Positions 41,666 to 52,144 of a DNA stretch of 64,000 bases are shown piece by piece. The notes under the pieces were generated by a model. The model ran no database searches and was not told the DNA's origin. It was given only the letters and a program-made list of their open reading frames with translations. The stretch spans positions 1 to 64,000 of the IMG/VR virus record IMGVR_UViG_2721755344_000002; one strand, written 5' to 3'. The DNA is from a virus (taxonomy: Duplodnaviria > Caudoviricetes). Position numbers and translations under genes: made by a program. How positions within the stretch are numbered: the first letter of the stretch is position 1; each line of letters begins with the position of its first letter.

Positions 41666-42982
41666 TCAGCCCCACTCCTTTTGAACATTCTGAGTTCTTT
41701 TGGTTGAAAGTTCCGAATATCCCAAATCAACCCCAAACCCGCGCCTGCCTAACTTTTCCGCAACTCTGATTGTAGTACCGGATCCAGCAAACGGGTCTAA
41801 TACCGAACCTGCTATCCAACCTGCATTACATCCGCAGTCCGTTAGCTCGACTAACTTCTTCATATACTGACCCATATTCTTTTCTTTAAATTCTCTCGGG
41901 TCTCGAGGGTCGGGTCTAGGCTTATTAACTTTCGGATCATAATCACCTGAATATTCTGAATCATAAATTTTCTCTCTCGGCTTCCCACATTTCTTACAAA
42001 TAAACTCTGGGACACCAGCCAAAATCATAGGTCGAACAAGATCCTCGGGAAATATTGCGAAATGAGCCTCTCTAACTCCTTTTGTAGGAATCTTCCACAC
42101 ACATCGTTTATTACGACCTAGAGGGTTAAGATTATTAAAAATCCTTTGTCTTACTTTAACACCTCCGCTCACGCCTTCGGAATCATAATCTTTCCATCCC
42201 CTTCCCCCCTCATCATTTCCAGCTCTTGCATCATTGAGCGTAACAGAAGACATTGGCTCAAATTGCTGGTCAAAGAAATAGTCTTTCTTCTTAGCAAAGA
42301 AAAATACAGGCTCCCAGTCGACCGTAAACCTATCTTTTACGCTGTGAGGTAAGGTATTCGGTTTATGCCAAACAATTTTATTCCTAAGTATCCATCCTCT
42401 GTTTAACATCTCGATCACAAATCTTTCCGGAATACCTAACAAAGACTTTGGGGCAAACTTTTGAGAAGGAGGAGCTCCAAATCCGCCTATACCAACAGGA
42501 CGAGAATCAATTCCTCGAGGACCTTTTCTTTGAGTACCAGGTTTCTTTCCCTGATCACCTCCACTCCCTCCGTAACTATCTGATAAATTCACAAAAATTA
42601 TACCATCGTCTCTCAATACTCTTTTCACTTCATCAAATATATCGCACAAGTGCCTGATAAAGTCATCATAATGAGACTCGCATCCTAACTGCCCTTTCCA
42701 TGCGCCACACTTAGTACAATTTGAACGAGAACCATATTCAATTTTTTGTGCTTTAGGTGGCGGTCGATCTCCATACATTGAGTTTTGTGTTCCACCAGCT
42801 CTCATTCGATAATCAAAAGCCAGCTCTTCTGTAACCCAATCGTGGGGGCAATTCGGGGACCCGTCCCAAATCACATCTGGAATATCATACTTTCTGAGAG
42901 CGTAATACGGCGGGGAAGTGATAACGCAATTTATTGACTTATCCGCAAGCGGAATATGCCTTGCATCACAGTTAAATATCAT
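41666..42982 (-). CDS. Beta-class N4/N6 DNA methyltransferase with Cys-rich inserts
   Basis: TSPPY, W.KPN, HFAIFP, VLDPFAGSGTT. Confidence 0.9.
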   Translation of the reverse strand: MIFNCDARHIPLADKSINCVITSPPYYALRKYDIPDVIWDGSPNCPHDWVTEELAFDYRMRAGGTQNSMYGDRPPPKAQKIEYGSRSNCTKCGAWKGQLGCESHYDDFIRHLCDIFDEVKRVLRDDGIIFVNLSDSYGGSGGDQGKKPGTQRKGPRGIDSRPVGIGGFGAPPSQKFAPKSLLGIPERFVIEMLNRGWILRNKIVWHKPNTLPHSVKDRFTVDWEPVFFFAKKKDYFFDQQFEPMSSVTLNDARAGNDEGGRGWKDYDSEGVSGGVKVRQRIFNNLNPLGRNKRCVWKIPTKGVREAHFAIFPEDLVRPMILAGVPEFICKKCGKPREKIYDSEYSGDYDPKVNKPRPDPRDPREFKEKNMGQYMKKLVELTDCGCNAGWIAGSVLDPFAGSGTTIRVAEKLGRRGFGVDLGYSELSTKRTQNVQKEWG

Positions 42983-43006
42983 CCTACGCTTTCTAAATTT
43001 GGTCTT

Positions 43007-43204
43007 TTATTCCACCACTACATTGATTGCTTGTGGACCTTTGGGACCTTCTTGAATCTCGAAATCTACCTTGTCGCCTTCGTTCAGGGATTTAAAACCC
43101 TCCCTCTGAATAGCTGAGAAGTGAACGAATACATCGCTACCATCTTCTCTGGAAATAAATCCGAAACCCTTCTTCTCGTTAAACCACTTAACACTACCTT
43201 TCGT
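43007..43204 (-). CDS. csp: Cold-shock protein (CspA family), apparent ACG start
   Basis: [34 protein letters not shown]; AAAGGAGGTG RBS 8 nt before ACG at 43204. Confidence 0.9.
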   Translation of the reverse strand, partial: TKGSVKWFNEKKGFGFISREDGSDVFVHFSAIQREGFKSLNEGDKVDFEIQEGPKGPQAINVVVE

Positions 43205-43229
43205 AAATATCACCTCCTTTCTATTTTTA

Positions 43230-43322
43230 TGGGGACAGGCGGGGGACATAACGGACTCAAACCGAGTTCTTGGTATAACTTCACCCCCGAGGAACCTGAA
43301 CCTGCTTTCGCCACTGTCCCCA
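43230..43322 (-). ncRNA. Structured, partly tRNA-like element upstream of csp
   Basis: GGGGACAG/CTGTCCCC closing stem, CGGGGG/CCCCCG inner stem, CGG-TTTGAGT-CCG T-loop-like hairpin. Confidence 0.4.
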
Positions 43323-43384
43323 CTAATATTTCACCTTCTATCATCGTCACTAAAATTCACTAGAACTCCCTGAATACTTTCTCT

Positions 43385-43981
43385 TCATACTTCGTCCCCC
43401 CAAACTTCCCACTTTTCATCTCTTTTCCTAGCAAAAAGTTCAATTCTTTTTCCTATAGGATATAAATCTTCAATCATCTTCCTAAACTTAGGAGGTTTCT
43501 CGGAATGTTTACCTCTATGTATTGAGACAACACTTGGATATAATTTCCGACGGTCTGGCAGGCAACTTCCTTTAGTAGCTACCAATAAAAACTCGTGACG
43601 CAACGAGTTGTAGTGAGCGAAATTGTGAGTCATCTTATCCCAAACGAACGAACTTTTGTATTTGAACCCCCAAGCATTAATTACCTTAAAAGCATCTTCC
43701 AGTAATGGAGAAGTTACCCAAAGAAATAAAACAGCATTATCTTCTGTTCGTATCTTTAAATTACAAATTTCTTCAAGACTCATCGTTCCATAATGATGCT
43801 CTGCTGCTCCATATCCATCTACTAGTTTATCACCATATTGCCAAGGCGGGTCAGCATAAACCACACGAAATTTATCGCTGGAAAGAGATTTATTTGTTTT
43901 TTCTCTTATATCATCTTGAAAAAATGTATCTTGATTAGGATTCTTAATCCTGCGCTTAGGAAATTTTTTTGATAGTTGCAT
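43385..43981 (-). CDS. MT-A70 family adenine methyltransferase
   Basis: YADPPW, LFLW.T, WGF.YK, HE.LL..TKG, HSEKP, IELFAR..W..WGDE. Confidence 0.92.
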   Translation of the reverse strand: MQLSKKFPKRRIKNPNQDTFFQDDIREKTNKSLSSDKFRVVYADPPWQYGDKLVDGYGAAEHHYGTMSLEEICNLKIRTEDNAVLFLWVTSPLLEDAFKVINAWGFKYKSSFVWDKMTHNFAHYNSLRHEFLLVATKGSCLPDRRKLYPSVVSIHRGKHSEKPPKFRKMIEDLYPIGKRIELFARKRDEKWEVWGDEV

Positions 43982-45205
43982 TCTACTCCGAGTTTAATCC
44001 CAAATCGAATGATTCTTTATACCAATCGGGCACACTTGACCTTATCTCTTCTATATTATGTGGTTTTCCCACATTAAACCCTCTTCCCAAAAGCCACCAA
44101 ACCATTTCGGTACTATTAAAATATACCCTACCCGTAGATTTTATTCCACCTTCTGGCTCAATATTACCGGTATCCAATTCCCAATCAGGAATTTTTACTA
44201 TAACTGAAAGTTCGTCTGCAAACTGGGATGTACCTTCCTTACTTTTCAATATACAAAATACTCCTGGTTCTACAACTAGATCATATCCTTTTAATTCAAA
44301 AAATTTGTCATGGAAATCATCTTTATTTTTAACCAATACTCTCACATATAACTTAGAATGTTTCGCCAGATAACCAAGAGTTTTATAAAAATTGTTGCTG
44401 TCGGTAAACAAAAATTCCTTTCGATTATAGGAATTTCCTTTGCGAGCATCAGCCCTTCTCGACTTATTCTTATCATCACTAAAATTTTTTAAATATCTTT
44501 CGTTCGTATTTTCTAATAAAACCTGCGGAGAAATAGAAGTTCTAATTTCTTCCCCATCTTTTCCTCGTCTTACTATAACTACCTCATCGTTTGTGATAGA
44601 CTCAATCGTATAATACCCCGAGTTATCCATGTAAGTTTCGCCTACCCGCAAACCTAAAATCTTAATCTCTGCTAATTTGTATTCTGCAAAGCTGTCAAAA
44701 TCGTCCCTGTCTAGTGCAATATCTTTATCTTCTTCATCATTTAAATTTATTTCTTTTACCTCTTTCACATCTTCTTTTACCTCAACATTTTCCATTTTTT
44801 CTCTCCTCCCGTATCATTATTTTCATAACATCATTCTACATAGATATCTTCTCCACTCTCTATCGCTTCTTTAGCTTGAATCCAACCTTCAACTTGGCAA
44901 CTGTTCTCTTTATAGTTTAGTTTCTTCTCTTCGATCTTCTCATAGAAAATAGCAACTCTTAACGCAGATAATAAATTTTCTCGCAATATTTTCATCATTT
45001 AAAAACTATTGCCTCTTAAACCTAGCCGGTGTGTGTTGGTCATTCCAAATAGTCTGCCCAAAAGCGTAACGTATGGCCTGAGATATAATAACTCTCATAA
45101 ACCAGACTCCCCCTAATGAAGCAATACAAAGAAGAACATACAAAATAGCATCCATTGAACTCTTTTTAGTTTCCATCTCATACTCCTTTCATTTAATTTA
45201 TAATT

Positions 45206-45234
45206 ATCATATCACAAAAAAAGGAGATTGTCAA
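45206..45234 (-). promoter_or_regulatory. sigma70-type promoter, TTGACA-17-TATGAT
   Basis: Read directly; intergenic. Confidence 0.7.
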
Positions 45235-45427
45235 GCTATATTTTATAAATAATTCGTATGTAATATCAAATACTTAGCTTGTTGAAAATCAACTTTTGCC
45301 GTAAGGAATTGATTCATTACACCGCCCGCAAATTGGACAGTAACAAGTCCATCCAGCTAAAACTGCACCGCACCTTGAACAATAATCATATCTTGGAATC
45401 ATAGTCAGGGTCTCACTTTCCCTCCTT

Positions 45428-46480
45428 TCACTTAACCATACAAACCACATCTTCCCAATCTATTCTAGGAGCGCCTTTCTTTTCCTGTAATCTTCGGAAA
45501 AAGCTTTTTCTCTCTTTGGTAAATTCAGCACCGTCAAATGCAGTTTGAGGATCATTATTTACTAACATTGCATAATGCCAACATACTATTTTAAAACCAA
45601 CAGACTCACATAAAGAAGCCCACGTATCAGAAAAATTAATTCTAGTCTTATTCCTTATATAATCCTTTGTAACCCAAATTGCATGCCCATCAGGTTTTAA
45701 CAAATTATAGCATTCTTGAATTATCTCACGAGAAGCCAACCAAAAGTCATCGCCAGCTATGCTACCCAAATTATCTTTATTATCTTTATTGTACCCTTCC
45801 CACGTTTTATTTTTACGATCTATTTTTCTTTGCTCTCTATCTGCTTGCTTAGATGAGCAAATTTCCGATGCTCCGTATGGAGGACTCGACATTATCAAAT
45901 CTGCCTTCATATTAGAAAGATTTCCTGGAGTACAACCGTAGGCATTTTGATAACGTAATTGACCGCATCCTATTCTACCATGCCCCGCTTTTGTTGCTAA
46001 TTCTTGACGTCTTGCATGGTTTTCAGGTTTATCACTCCCAGACAAACTATTTGCATAAGGAGGACTCGACATTACCAAATCAGCCTTATCAATCAGCTCC
46101 TTTAACTTTCTTGAATCCCCTTGAATAATTTTTGCTGTTCCTCTATATAGATGGAAAGGACGGCTTTCGCAAAGTTCCTTATCCAGTCCTTCCCACTTTT
46201 TAATATTTTTTCTGCCTAATTCTACAAATTTTTTCTCGATCTCTATTCCTATCCAATGTGCCCCTCTCGTCATAGCACCAAAACCTCCCAATGCTACTCC
46301 TCCAAACGGGTCGAGAACAATGTTGCCCTTCTTCAACCATTCATTATCAACAGCATGATTGTATATCTTCTCAACTAAGGCACAGCTAAACTTTGCTGGA
46401 TGACAAAAAGCATCACTAACTATGGAATCTTTCCATCCGGTTTCGTAACAATTCCTCCATACATCTGTCTCAAATATCAA
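45428..46480 (-). CDS. DNA amino-methyltransferase with a duplicated SPPY motif
   Basis: HPAKF, VLDPFGG, GIEIE, GDSR, ADL.MSSPPY x2, LKPDG. Confidence 0.85.
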   Translation of the reverse strand: MIFETDVWRNCYETGWKDSIVSDAFCHPAKFSCALVEKIYNHAVDNEWLKKGNIVLDPFGGVALGGFGAMTRGAHWIGIEIEKKFVELGRKNIKKWEGLDKELCESRPFHLYRGTAKIIQGDSRKLKELIDKADLVMSSPPYANSLSGSDKPENHARRQELATKAGHGRIGCGQLRYQNAYGCTPGNLSNMKADLIMSSPPYGASEICSSKQADREQRKIDRKNKTWEGYNKDNKDNLGSIAGDDFWLASREIIQECYNLLKPDGHAIWVTKDYIRNKTRINFSDTWASLCESVGFKIVCWHYAMLVNNDPQTAFDGAEFTKERKSFFRRLQEKKGAPRIDWEDVVCMVK

Positions 46481-46623
46481 TATTCTTCACCTTCGCCTTC
46501 TTCTAATGAGTTATAACACTCTTCACAAAGAATGTCGTAATCGTAATCTAATCCCCTAACCCTAGCTTCAAAATCTTCTTCTGGAATTTCTTCCCCGCAT
46601 CTTTCACACAGCATAAATACCTC

Positions 46624-47418
46624 CTATACAAATGTCCTTTGTACTCCGGATGTTAAGTTACCATAATACTTGCACAACTTTATAAACATAGCTACTTTGT
46701 ACGCAAAAGCAGGAGGAACTGCATTGCCTATTAAAATTTCGATGTCACGTTGCCCTAATTTTCCCAAATCGAAATAAAATGGGAAAGTTTGTAAAGATAA
46801 CGCCTCTTCGTGATTCAATACTCTCACCCTATTTCCATCTTGAATATGAGGACATATCCTACCAAATGAGTTATACCTACAAGTTATGGTCGGATATTTG
46901 CGAATAATTCCCTCAGGTCTGAACTCTCTTAACTTCTGCTCTTGTTCTTCGGTCAAATATTTATTTTTAGTCTTTGGAATACTCAATTTAATATTACTGC
47001 AAAATAATCGCCTTCTTCGTTGAAGTAACCCGTAGACACTCATATCAAACACTTCTTTGAACGGAGCACCTACGAAATCACTCACAGCAGGCACATTCTC
47101 CATCACCCAGAACTTCGGACGGATTTCTGACACCGCCCTAAAGAACTCGTTAGTTAATTTGATATCGCAATCTCGACTTAAAGTATTAGCACAAGAAAAG
47201 GTCTGACATGGAGGAGAACCAATCACTACGTCAATCTTGCCTTCCCATTCCTTAAAACTATATCCCCTAATATCTGCTAGTATGCACTTTCCTATGTTTG
47301 AAGTATAAACTTCAACCGCGTTAGGATTGTTATCAAGTCCCCACAAGTGCTCAAACCCCGCTGCTTTAAATCCCAATGAGAATCCGCCACAGCCTGAAAA
47401 CAAGTCTACAAAGTTCAT
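46624..47418 (-). CDS. DNA (cytosine-5) methyltransferase
   Basis: DLFSGCGG, GSPPCQ, MENV, Q.R.R, QTFP, IGNAVPP. Confidence 0.93.
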   Translation of the reverse strand: MNFVDLFSGCGGFSLGFKAAGFEHLWGLDNNPNAVEVYTSNIGKCILADIRGYSFKEWEGKIDVVIGSPPCQTFSCANTLSRDCDIKLTNEFFRAVSEIRPKFWVMENVPAVSDFVGAPFKEVFDMSVYGLLQRRRRLFCSNIKLSIPKTKNKYLTEEQEQKLREFRPEGIIRKYPTITCRYNSFGRICPHIQDGNRVRVLNHEEALSLQTFPFYFDLGKLGQRDIEILIGNAVPPAFAYKVAMFIKLCKYYGNLTSGVQRTFV

Positions 47419-47718
47419 TTTTAAACCTACTGGTTTCCTTTACGGAAATCCCATTTCCTATCTAAAAGACATGCAATACCTTCACTTCCTTTTATAGCCG
47501 TCTTCCAGGTTTCAGTTTTGAAGATATTTTCGTAATTCTTACTACCGATCGCCCTTTTGAAAGCATCTCCTGCAGTATACATCGCTTCCATCTGGACCAC
47601 TTGAGGTCCGAGTTCTGGCATGTTCATGTTGCGAGCGTGACGAATAAGTATCTCAACTCGGGCCAAATCTTCCAGTTGACTTTTGCTAAACTCTTTCATT
47701 TAATCCTCCTTATTTCGT

Positions 47719-49053
47719 CTAAAAAAATGTTTTTTGCAATGGAGCTTTCAACCTTTTTTGAATAATTTTACAGTATCCTTCGTCTTTCTCAATCCCAACA
47801 GCTTTTCTATTAAGTTTCTTTGCTGCTACCAGAGTTGAACCCGAACCTGCAAACGGATCAAGTATTAAACTCAGATTCTTCCTACTTACTAAATTTAGTA
47901 ACCATTTCATCAACTCCACAGGTTTAACTGTTGGATGGAAGTTCTTTCTCTTGCTCTCCGCACCCCTGTTTCTTGGGTTTGTTCCGCCCAGACTTCCTTC
48001 TTCCCTACCTTCATCCATGAACTCTCCATTTTCCTGCTCGAGTCCCAAGTCCCTTTCTTCCTTATCCGCCTTAGCGCAGTAAAAAAACCGTGATGCTGAA
48101 CCTGAACTAGCTTCTCCTATCCATTTAGTTTTACCTGATGGTTTACCCAACGAAAAACCAGTATTAGTGTATTCATAAGACTTTAGCATAGCACCTGATT
48201 GCTGCTCTGGAAATAGCTCTTCAACTTCTTCACTACCGTCGTGGACTAAGTTAGCTGGAAATCTACCCTTAGAATTTTGCTCATAAAGATTTGGAGTCCC
48301 ATCTTGAAACATCCCTAACGCTTTTCCTTCTCGTGAGTCTCCGCTAAAAGTTCTCAACGGACCTCCGTGAGTTAATATATCTTCTGTCTTAACTCTACAC
48401 TCATCAATATTTATAGCTCCTGTTCCATACTTCAAAACATTCTCTGCTACTGTTCCAATTACTAGCTTTCTGAAAACTAGTATAGGCTCCCAGGCAGGCT
48501 TTAACGCTGTTCCCCACCCCTCCCATTCTTTAGCTTCGGAAGTTGCCGGAATTGTAATCTCACTTGACAATCTCTCTTTCATCATTGCTTTTTCACTCTC
48601 GTATCCTCCCCCTCTGATATCTTGCATCGTCTGGGATTTATGTCCTATAACTTCCCTTTCCGCACCTTTCATCTTGTCAATGGCCTTACTCACGTCCAAA
48701 CTCTTGGGGAAGCCCGACCCGTACACCCACATAATAGTATCTCGAAATTCAAACCCAGCATCCTCGATTGCACAGGCTAAACGATGAAACGTTCTTGTTC
48801 CCCCAAAGACTAGTAAATACCCTCCTGGCTTTACTACTCTCAGAGCTTCTACAGCCCATTGATAATGAAATTGATAAGATGGTTGACCTTTCCCACTTTT
48901 ATCCCATTTTTTTGACATGAAACCGAGCAAATACGGAGGATCCGTTACGATCGCATCAAACGAGTTTTCATCAAACCCCTTCATTACTTCGATACAATCC
49001 CCACAGTACAACTTTACTAAATTATCTTCGTAATCAATCAAATATTTTATCAC
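47719..49053 (-). CDS. Beta-class N6/N4 DNA methyltransferase
   Basis: TDPPY, GSGFPKS, LKPAWEPI, GRFPAN, HPTVKP, LDPFAGSGST. Confidence 0.92.
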   Translation of the reverse strand: MIKYLIDYEDNLVKLYCGDCIEVMKGFDENSFDAIVTDPPYLLGFMSKKWDKSGKGQPSYQFHYQWAVEALRVVKPGGYLLVFGGTRTFHRLACAIEDAGFEFRDTIMWVYGSGFPKSLDVSKAIDKMKGAEREVIGHKSQTMQDIRGGGYESEKAMMKERLSSEITIPATSEAKEWEGWGTALKPAWEPILVFRKLVIGTVAENVLKYGTGAINIDECRVKTEDILTHGGPLRTFSGDSREGKALGMFQDGTPNLYEQNSKGRFPANLVHDGSEEVEELFPEQQSGAMLKSYEYTNTGFSLGKPSGKTKWIGEASSGSASRFFYCAKADKEERDLGLEQENGEFMDEGREEGSLGGTNPRNRGAESKRKNFHPTVKPVELMKWLLNLVSRKNLSLILDPFAGSGSTLVAAKKLNRKAVGIEKDEGYCKIIQKRLKAPLQKTFF

Positions 49054-49699
49054 CTTCCAGTAACCATTTCTCTAGAAACTCCTGATGAGTCATTTTAAAA
49101 TACTTACCATATTTTGCAATTCTCGTTTTTGGCCGGTACATATCCATAAAGTCAACTACATATCCCCTAAACTTTTTAGATTGAGCAACCGCTAAAGCTT
49201 TAGTAAACACTTCTGGATGGATAACAGCACTACCCATACAAATAAAATCAAACTCTTCTTCATTCATTATGCAACATAGTTTATTAAAATCATTTTTAGT
49301 TTTGTACGCAAACATAACCCATCTATCATCAAACAGTTGCCAGAAATCCCCACCCAGAATAGTAAATAGCATTACTTCTATTCCGTTAGTTTCGCAAATT
49401 CTTGTTACTGAACCTTCGGGAGCTAAAACTCCCGACTTTCCAAAATTATGAAGCACACAATTTTCGTTTATCCACTGCCACAATAATTCAGACGCATCCT
49501 TATTTAAATCTGGATTTATCATTAAAGCGTCAAGAGAATGAGAATGATAGGGAATAAGTTCGGTAGCTAGCTGAAAATCGTGAAAGATCGAACCTCCATT
49601 GTGAATAAGAACATCAAACATTTTCTTTTGAGCAACTTGTTTCAATTCATCAAGCGCGGTTTTAATAACTGCGCCACCTATAGCAAGTATTCTTTTCAT
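49034..49699 (-). CDS. Deoxyhypusine-synthase-like (DHS/NAD-binding fold) protein
   Basis: GGAVIK, NGG..FHDF.LA, GSAVI.PEVF.KAL. Confidence 0.5.
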   Translation of the reverse strand: MKRILAIGGAVIKTALDELKQVAQKKMFDVLIHNGGSIFHDFQLATELIPYHSHSLDALMINPDLNKDASELLWQWINENCVLHNFGKSGVLAPEGSVTRICETNGIEVMLFTILGGDFWQLFDDRWVMFAYKTKNDFNKLCCIMNEEEFDFICMGSAVIHPEVFTKALAVAQSKKFRGYVVDFMDMYRPKTRIAKYGKYFKMTHQEFLEKWLLEGDKIFD

Positions 49700-50273
49700 A
49701 CCTCCTCGCCTGTTTTAATATCTATTTTTCTTAACCGTAGCATTCTTTTAGGTCTTGGTTTAGAAATAGGAAATGCAATTCCAATTTCTTCAGGCATATA
49801 GTAAATATGTTCGGAAGACGATGCAGCTGTAGATGTTACAAAAAATGATCTCATTAACATCTTTTCAAAATGCTTGCATAATCCATTGTGAAGTTCAGCA
49901 TGCTTACATAATTCAGATAATACCATTTGATTATAATCAAATCTAGCAGTCACCATTTCGAGTTCCGAATACTCGGGAGTGTGCCAAAAATATCCAATTC
50001 TCTCACAATCTTCGCAAAAGAATATAATAGACTGAGATTCAAAAGTACGACATGCCCTAAAACCAACCCCATTAGGAAATCGGTATTTCTTTAGCTCGTC
50101 TATTAAGTTCATAGACATACGTCCTCCTAACTTTTTTCTTCATAGCTTTTTTATCAACAAAGTGAGAACACTTTTTAGGAACATAACATAAAGTGCTTCC
50201 ATCAATCGGGCACCAAATTTCCTTTACCCTGCTATTTAGATAAGTACTAATAATGGGATTCCAATAACACTCT

Positions 50274-51836
50274 TTACATAGATTCATAGCAATCATTCCA
50301 ACTAAGTTGGGTCGTTTTAGAACGCTCTGACGATAATTCGTGATATCCCAAATCAAGGGATACTCCTATTCTTCCTAACTTTCTAGCAGTTTTCATTGTA
50401 GTTCCGCTTCCCCCAAATGGATCAAGCACCAATCCTGGCTTCCAGGGGATATTTATGTCAAAATCTGAACAACCACACTTTTCGCAAATTATTTTACCAG
50501 AAACCATTCCAGACAATGGGGGCAACGTATCTTCCCCTGATGAAATTTTTTTATCCGAATTAGAAAGATATATAATATTCCCGCAACGAATACAAGTCAG
50601 TTCTCTACATCCGCAATCCGATAATCCTTTATCAACCCGTTTAGTTTCTCTAGATGCCCACACTCTTTCTTTTTCATCCAAAGTCATATCTTCTGAAATT
50701 TCGAGCCAGTCGCTTTTGTCATATTCTATCACTCGAGCTCGAGGTTGTCCGCAAGCTTTACAAATGAACTCTGGGCAACCAGCTTTAATTATTTCTTCGC
50801 ACAACTTCTCTGGAAAGCAAGCGTAATGGGCTTCTCTATATGGTTTAGTTGGAATCTTCCATATACATCTTTTAATTCTGCCTTCTGGATTAGGACGCAT
50901 ATTTCTAGCCCTATACCAACTTTGGCCGGTCCCCTCATCCCAAGTACTTACTCCTTTCGGTATGAGAGTTTCTCCACCCCACCTATCCATAGACTTTTCG
51001 TATTTCTCTAGAGGCTGGTCAAACCAATAATTTTTTGATTTTACGAGGAAAAAGATGTATTCAAAATCAACAGAAAATCTATCTCGAGCACTATTTGGAA
51101 TACCGTTAGGCTTCTGCCAAATAATTGTATTCCTTAATCTCCACCCCTTGTCTATCATTTTAGTAACTAATCTAAACGGAATACCGCATAAAGACTTATC
51201 TTGAATTTGAGTCTTTGGTTGATCAAGTCTAAATTTTTCTGACTTCCCAAACTTATTACTTCTAAACGATGAGTTGCAAACTCCTTCTTTTAAACTTCCG
51301 GAAACGGTAGAATAAGTATCTCCAATATTTAAAAAGAATATACCATCGTCCCGCATTACTCTCCATACTTCATCAAATATCTGAATTAAATGCTCAATAT
51401 ATAAATCAAACGTAGGCTCAAGTCCTAACTGCCCTTTCCATGCACCACACTTCTTACAGAAAAAGCCTGAATCCCATATTGTGTCTCCCGCACTTCCAAT
51501 ATCTTTAGTAACACCCAATACTGTCATACTACTCGAGCTCACACCATGAGAAGGCTTCTTACCTAAAAATTTTATCTGCTCTCCCCAATCATGCTCGCAA
51601 TTCGGGTCGTCATCCCAAATCTGGTCGGGAATATCATATTTTCGGAGGAACCAATAAGGAGGGGACGTAAAGACGCAACTTATTGTTTTGTCTTTTAGAG
51701 GAATAAACCTCGAGTTGCCTTTTATATTAAAAGTCCTTACCGACTCTTTTAGAGATTTCTTACACTTTTCAAGTCCTAGCAGATCACTAACCATCTCGTT
51801 TAGCTCGTTGATACTTTCCACGCCTACCAGTATCAA
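50274..51836 (-). CDS. Beta-class N4/N6 DNA methyltransferase; paralog of 41666..42982
   Basis: TSPPY, CKKCGAWKGQLG, WQKPN, HYACFP, VLDPFGGSGTT. Confidence 0.9.
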   Translation of the reverse strand: MILVGVESINELNEMVSDLLGLEKCKKSLKESVRTFNIKGNSRFIPLKDKTISCVFTSPPYWFLRKYDIPDQIWDDDPNCEHDWGEQIKFLGKKPSHGVSSSSMTVLGVTKDIGSAGDTIWDSGFFCKKCGAWKGQLGLEPTFDLYIEHLIQIFDEVWRVMRDDGIFFLNIGDTYSTVSGSLKEGVCNSSFRSNKFGKSEKFRLDQPKTQIQDKSLCGIPFRLVTKMIDKGWRLRNTIIWQKPNGIPNSARDRFSVDFEYIFFLVKSKNYWFDQPLEKYEKSMDRWGGETLIPKGVSTWDEGTGQSWYRARNMRPNPEGRIKRCIWKIPTKPYREAHYACFPEKLCEEIIKAGCPEFICKACGQPRARVIEYDKSDWLEISEDMTLDEKERVWASRETKRVDKGLSDCGCRELTCIRCGNIIYLSNSDKKISSGEDTLPPLSGMVSGKIICEKCGCSDFDINIPWKPGLVLDPFGGSGTTMKTARKLGRIGVSLDLGYHELSSERSKTTQLSWNDCYESM

Positions 51837-52073
51837 TTATTACTCCAGTCTTTTCATATACTTTGTATTCCCTTTCCCTACTCAAATCCTTTCCGTAAAT
51901 TTCTTTTCTCAGTTTCTTTGCTTTTTTAGCATTCATTATTCCTCCACTCGCAATCCTACTGGGTGACCTGCTGCAGCTAAAACAGAATTATTATTTAAAT
52001 TTTAATAACTTAAATTAAACCAAGTGCCAAAATGTAAATTTTTAAACCTATTCCATAATAATTAAGAATAGTT

Positions 52074-52144
52074 AGCCCGTAGGAGGAATCGAACCCCCTT
52101 CTGATGGGTACAAACCATCAGCTCTGCCATTGAGCTACACGGGC
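52074..52144 (-). tRNA. tRNA-Thr (anticodon UGU), CCA not encoded
   Basis: Cloverleaf GCCCGTG/TACGGGC, GCTC/GAGC, GATGG-TTTGTAC-CCATC, GGGGG-TTCGATT-CCTCC. Confidence 0.88.

Noticed and set aside
38331-51836. Complete restriction-modification systems
   Set aside because: No recognisable endonuclease or HsdS/HsdR next to any of the methyltransferases; treated as orphans
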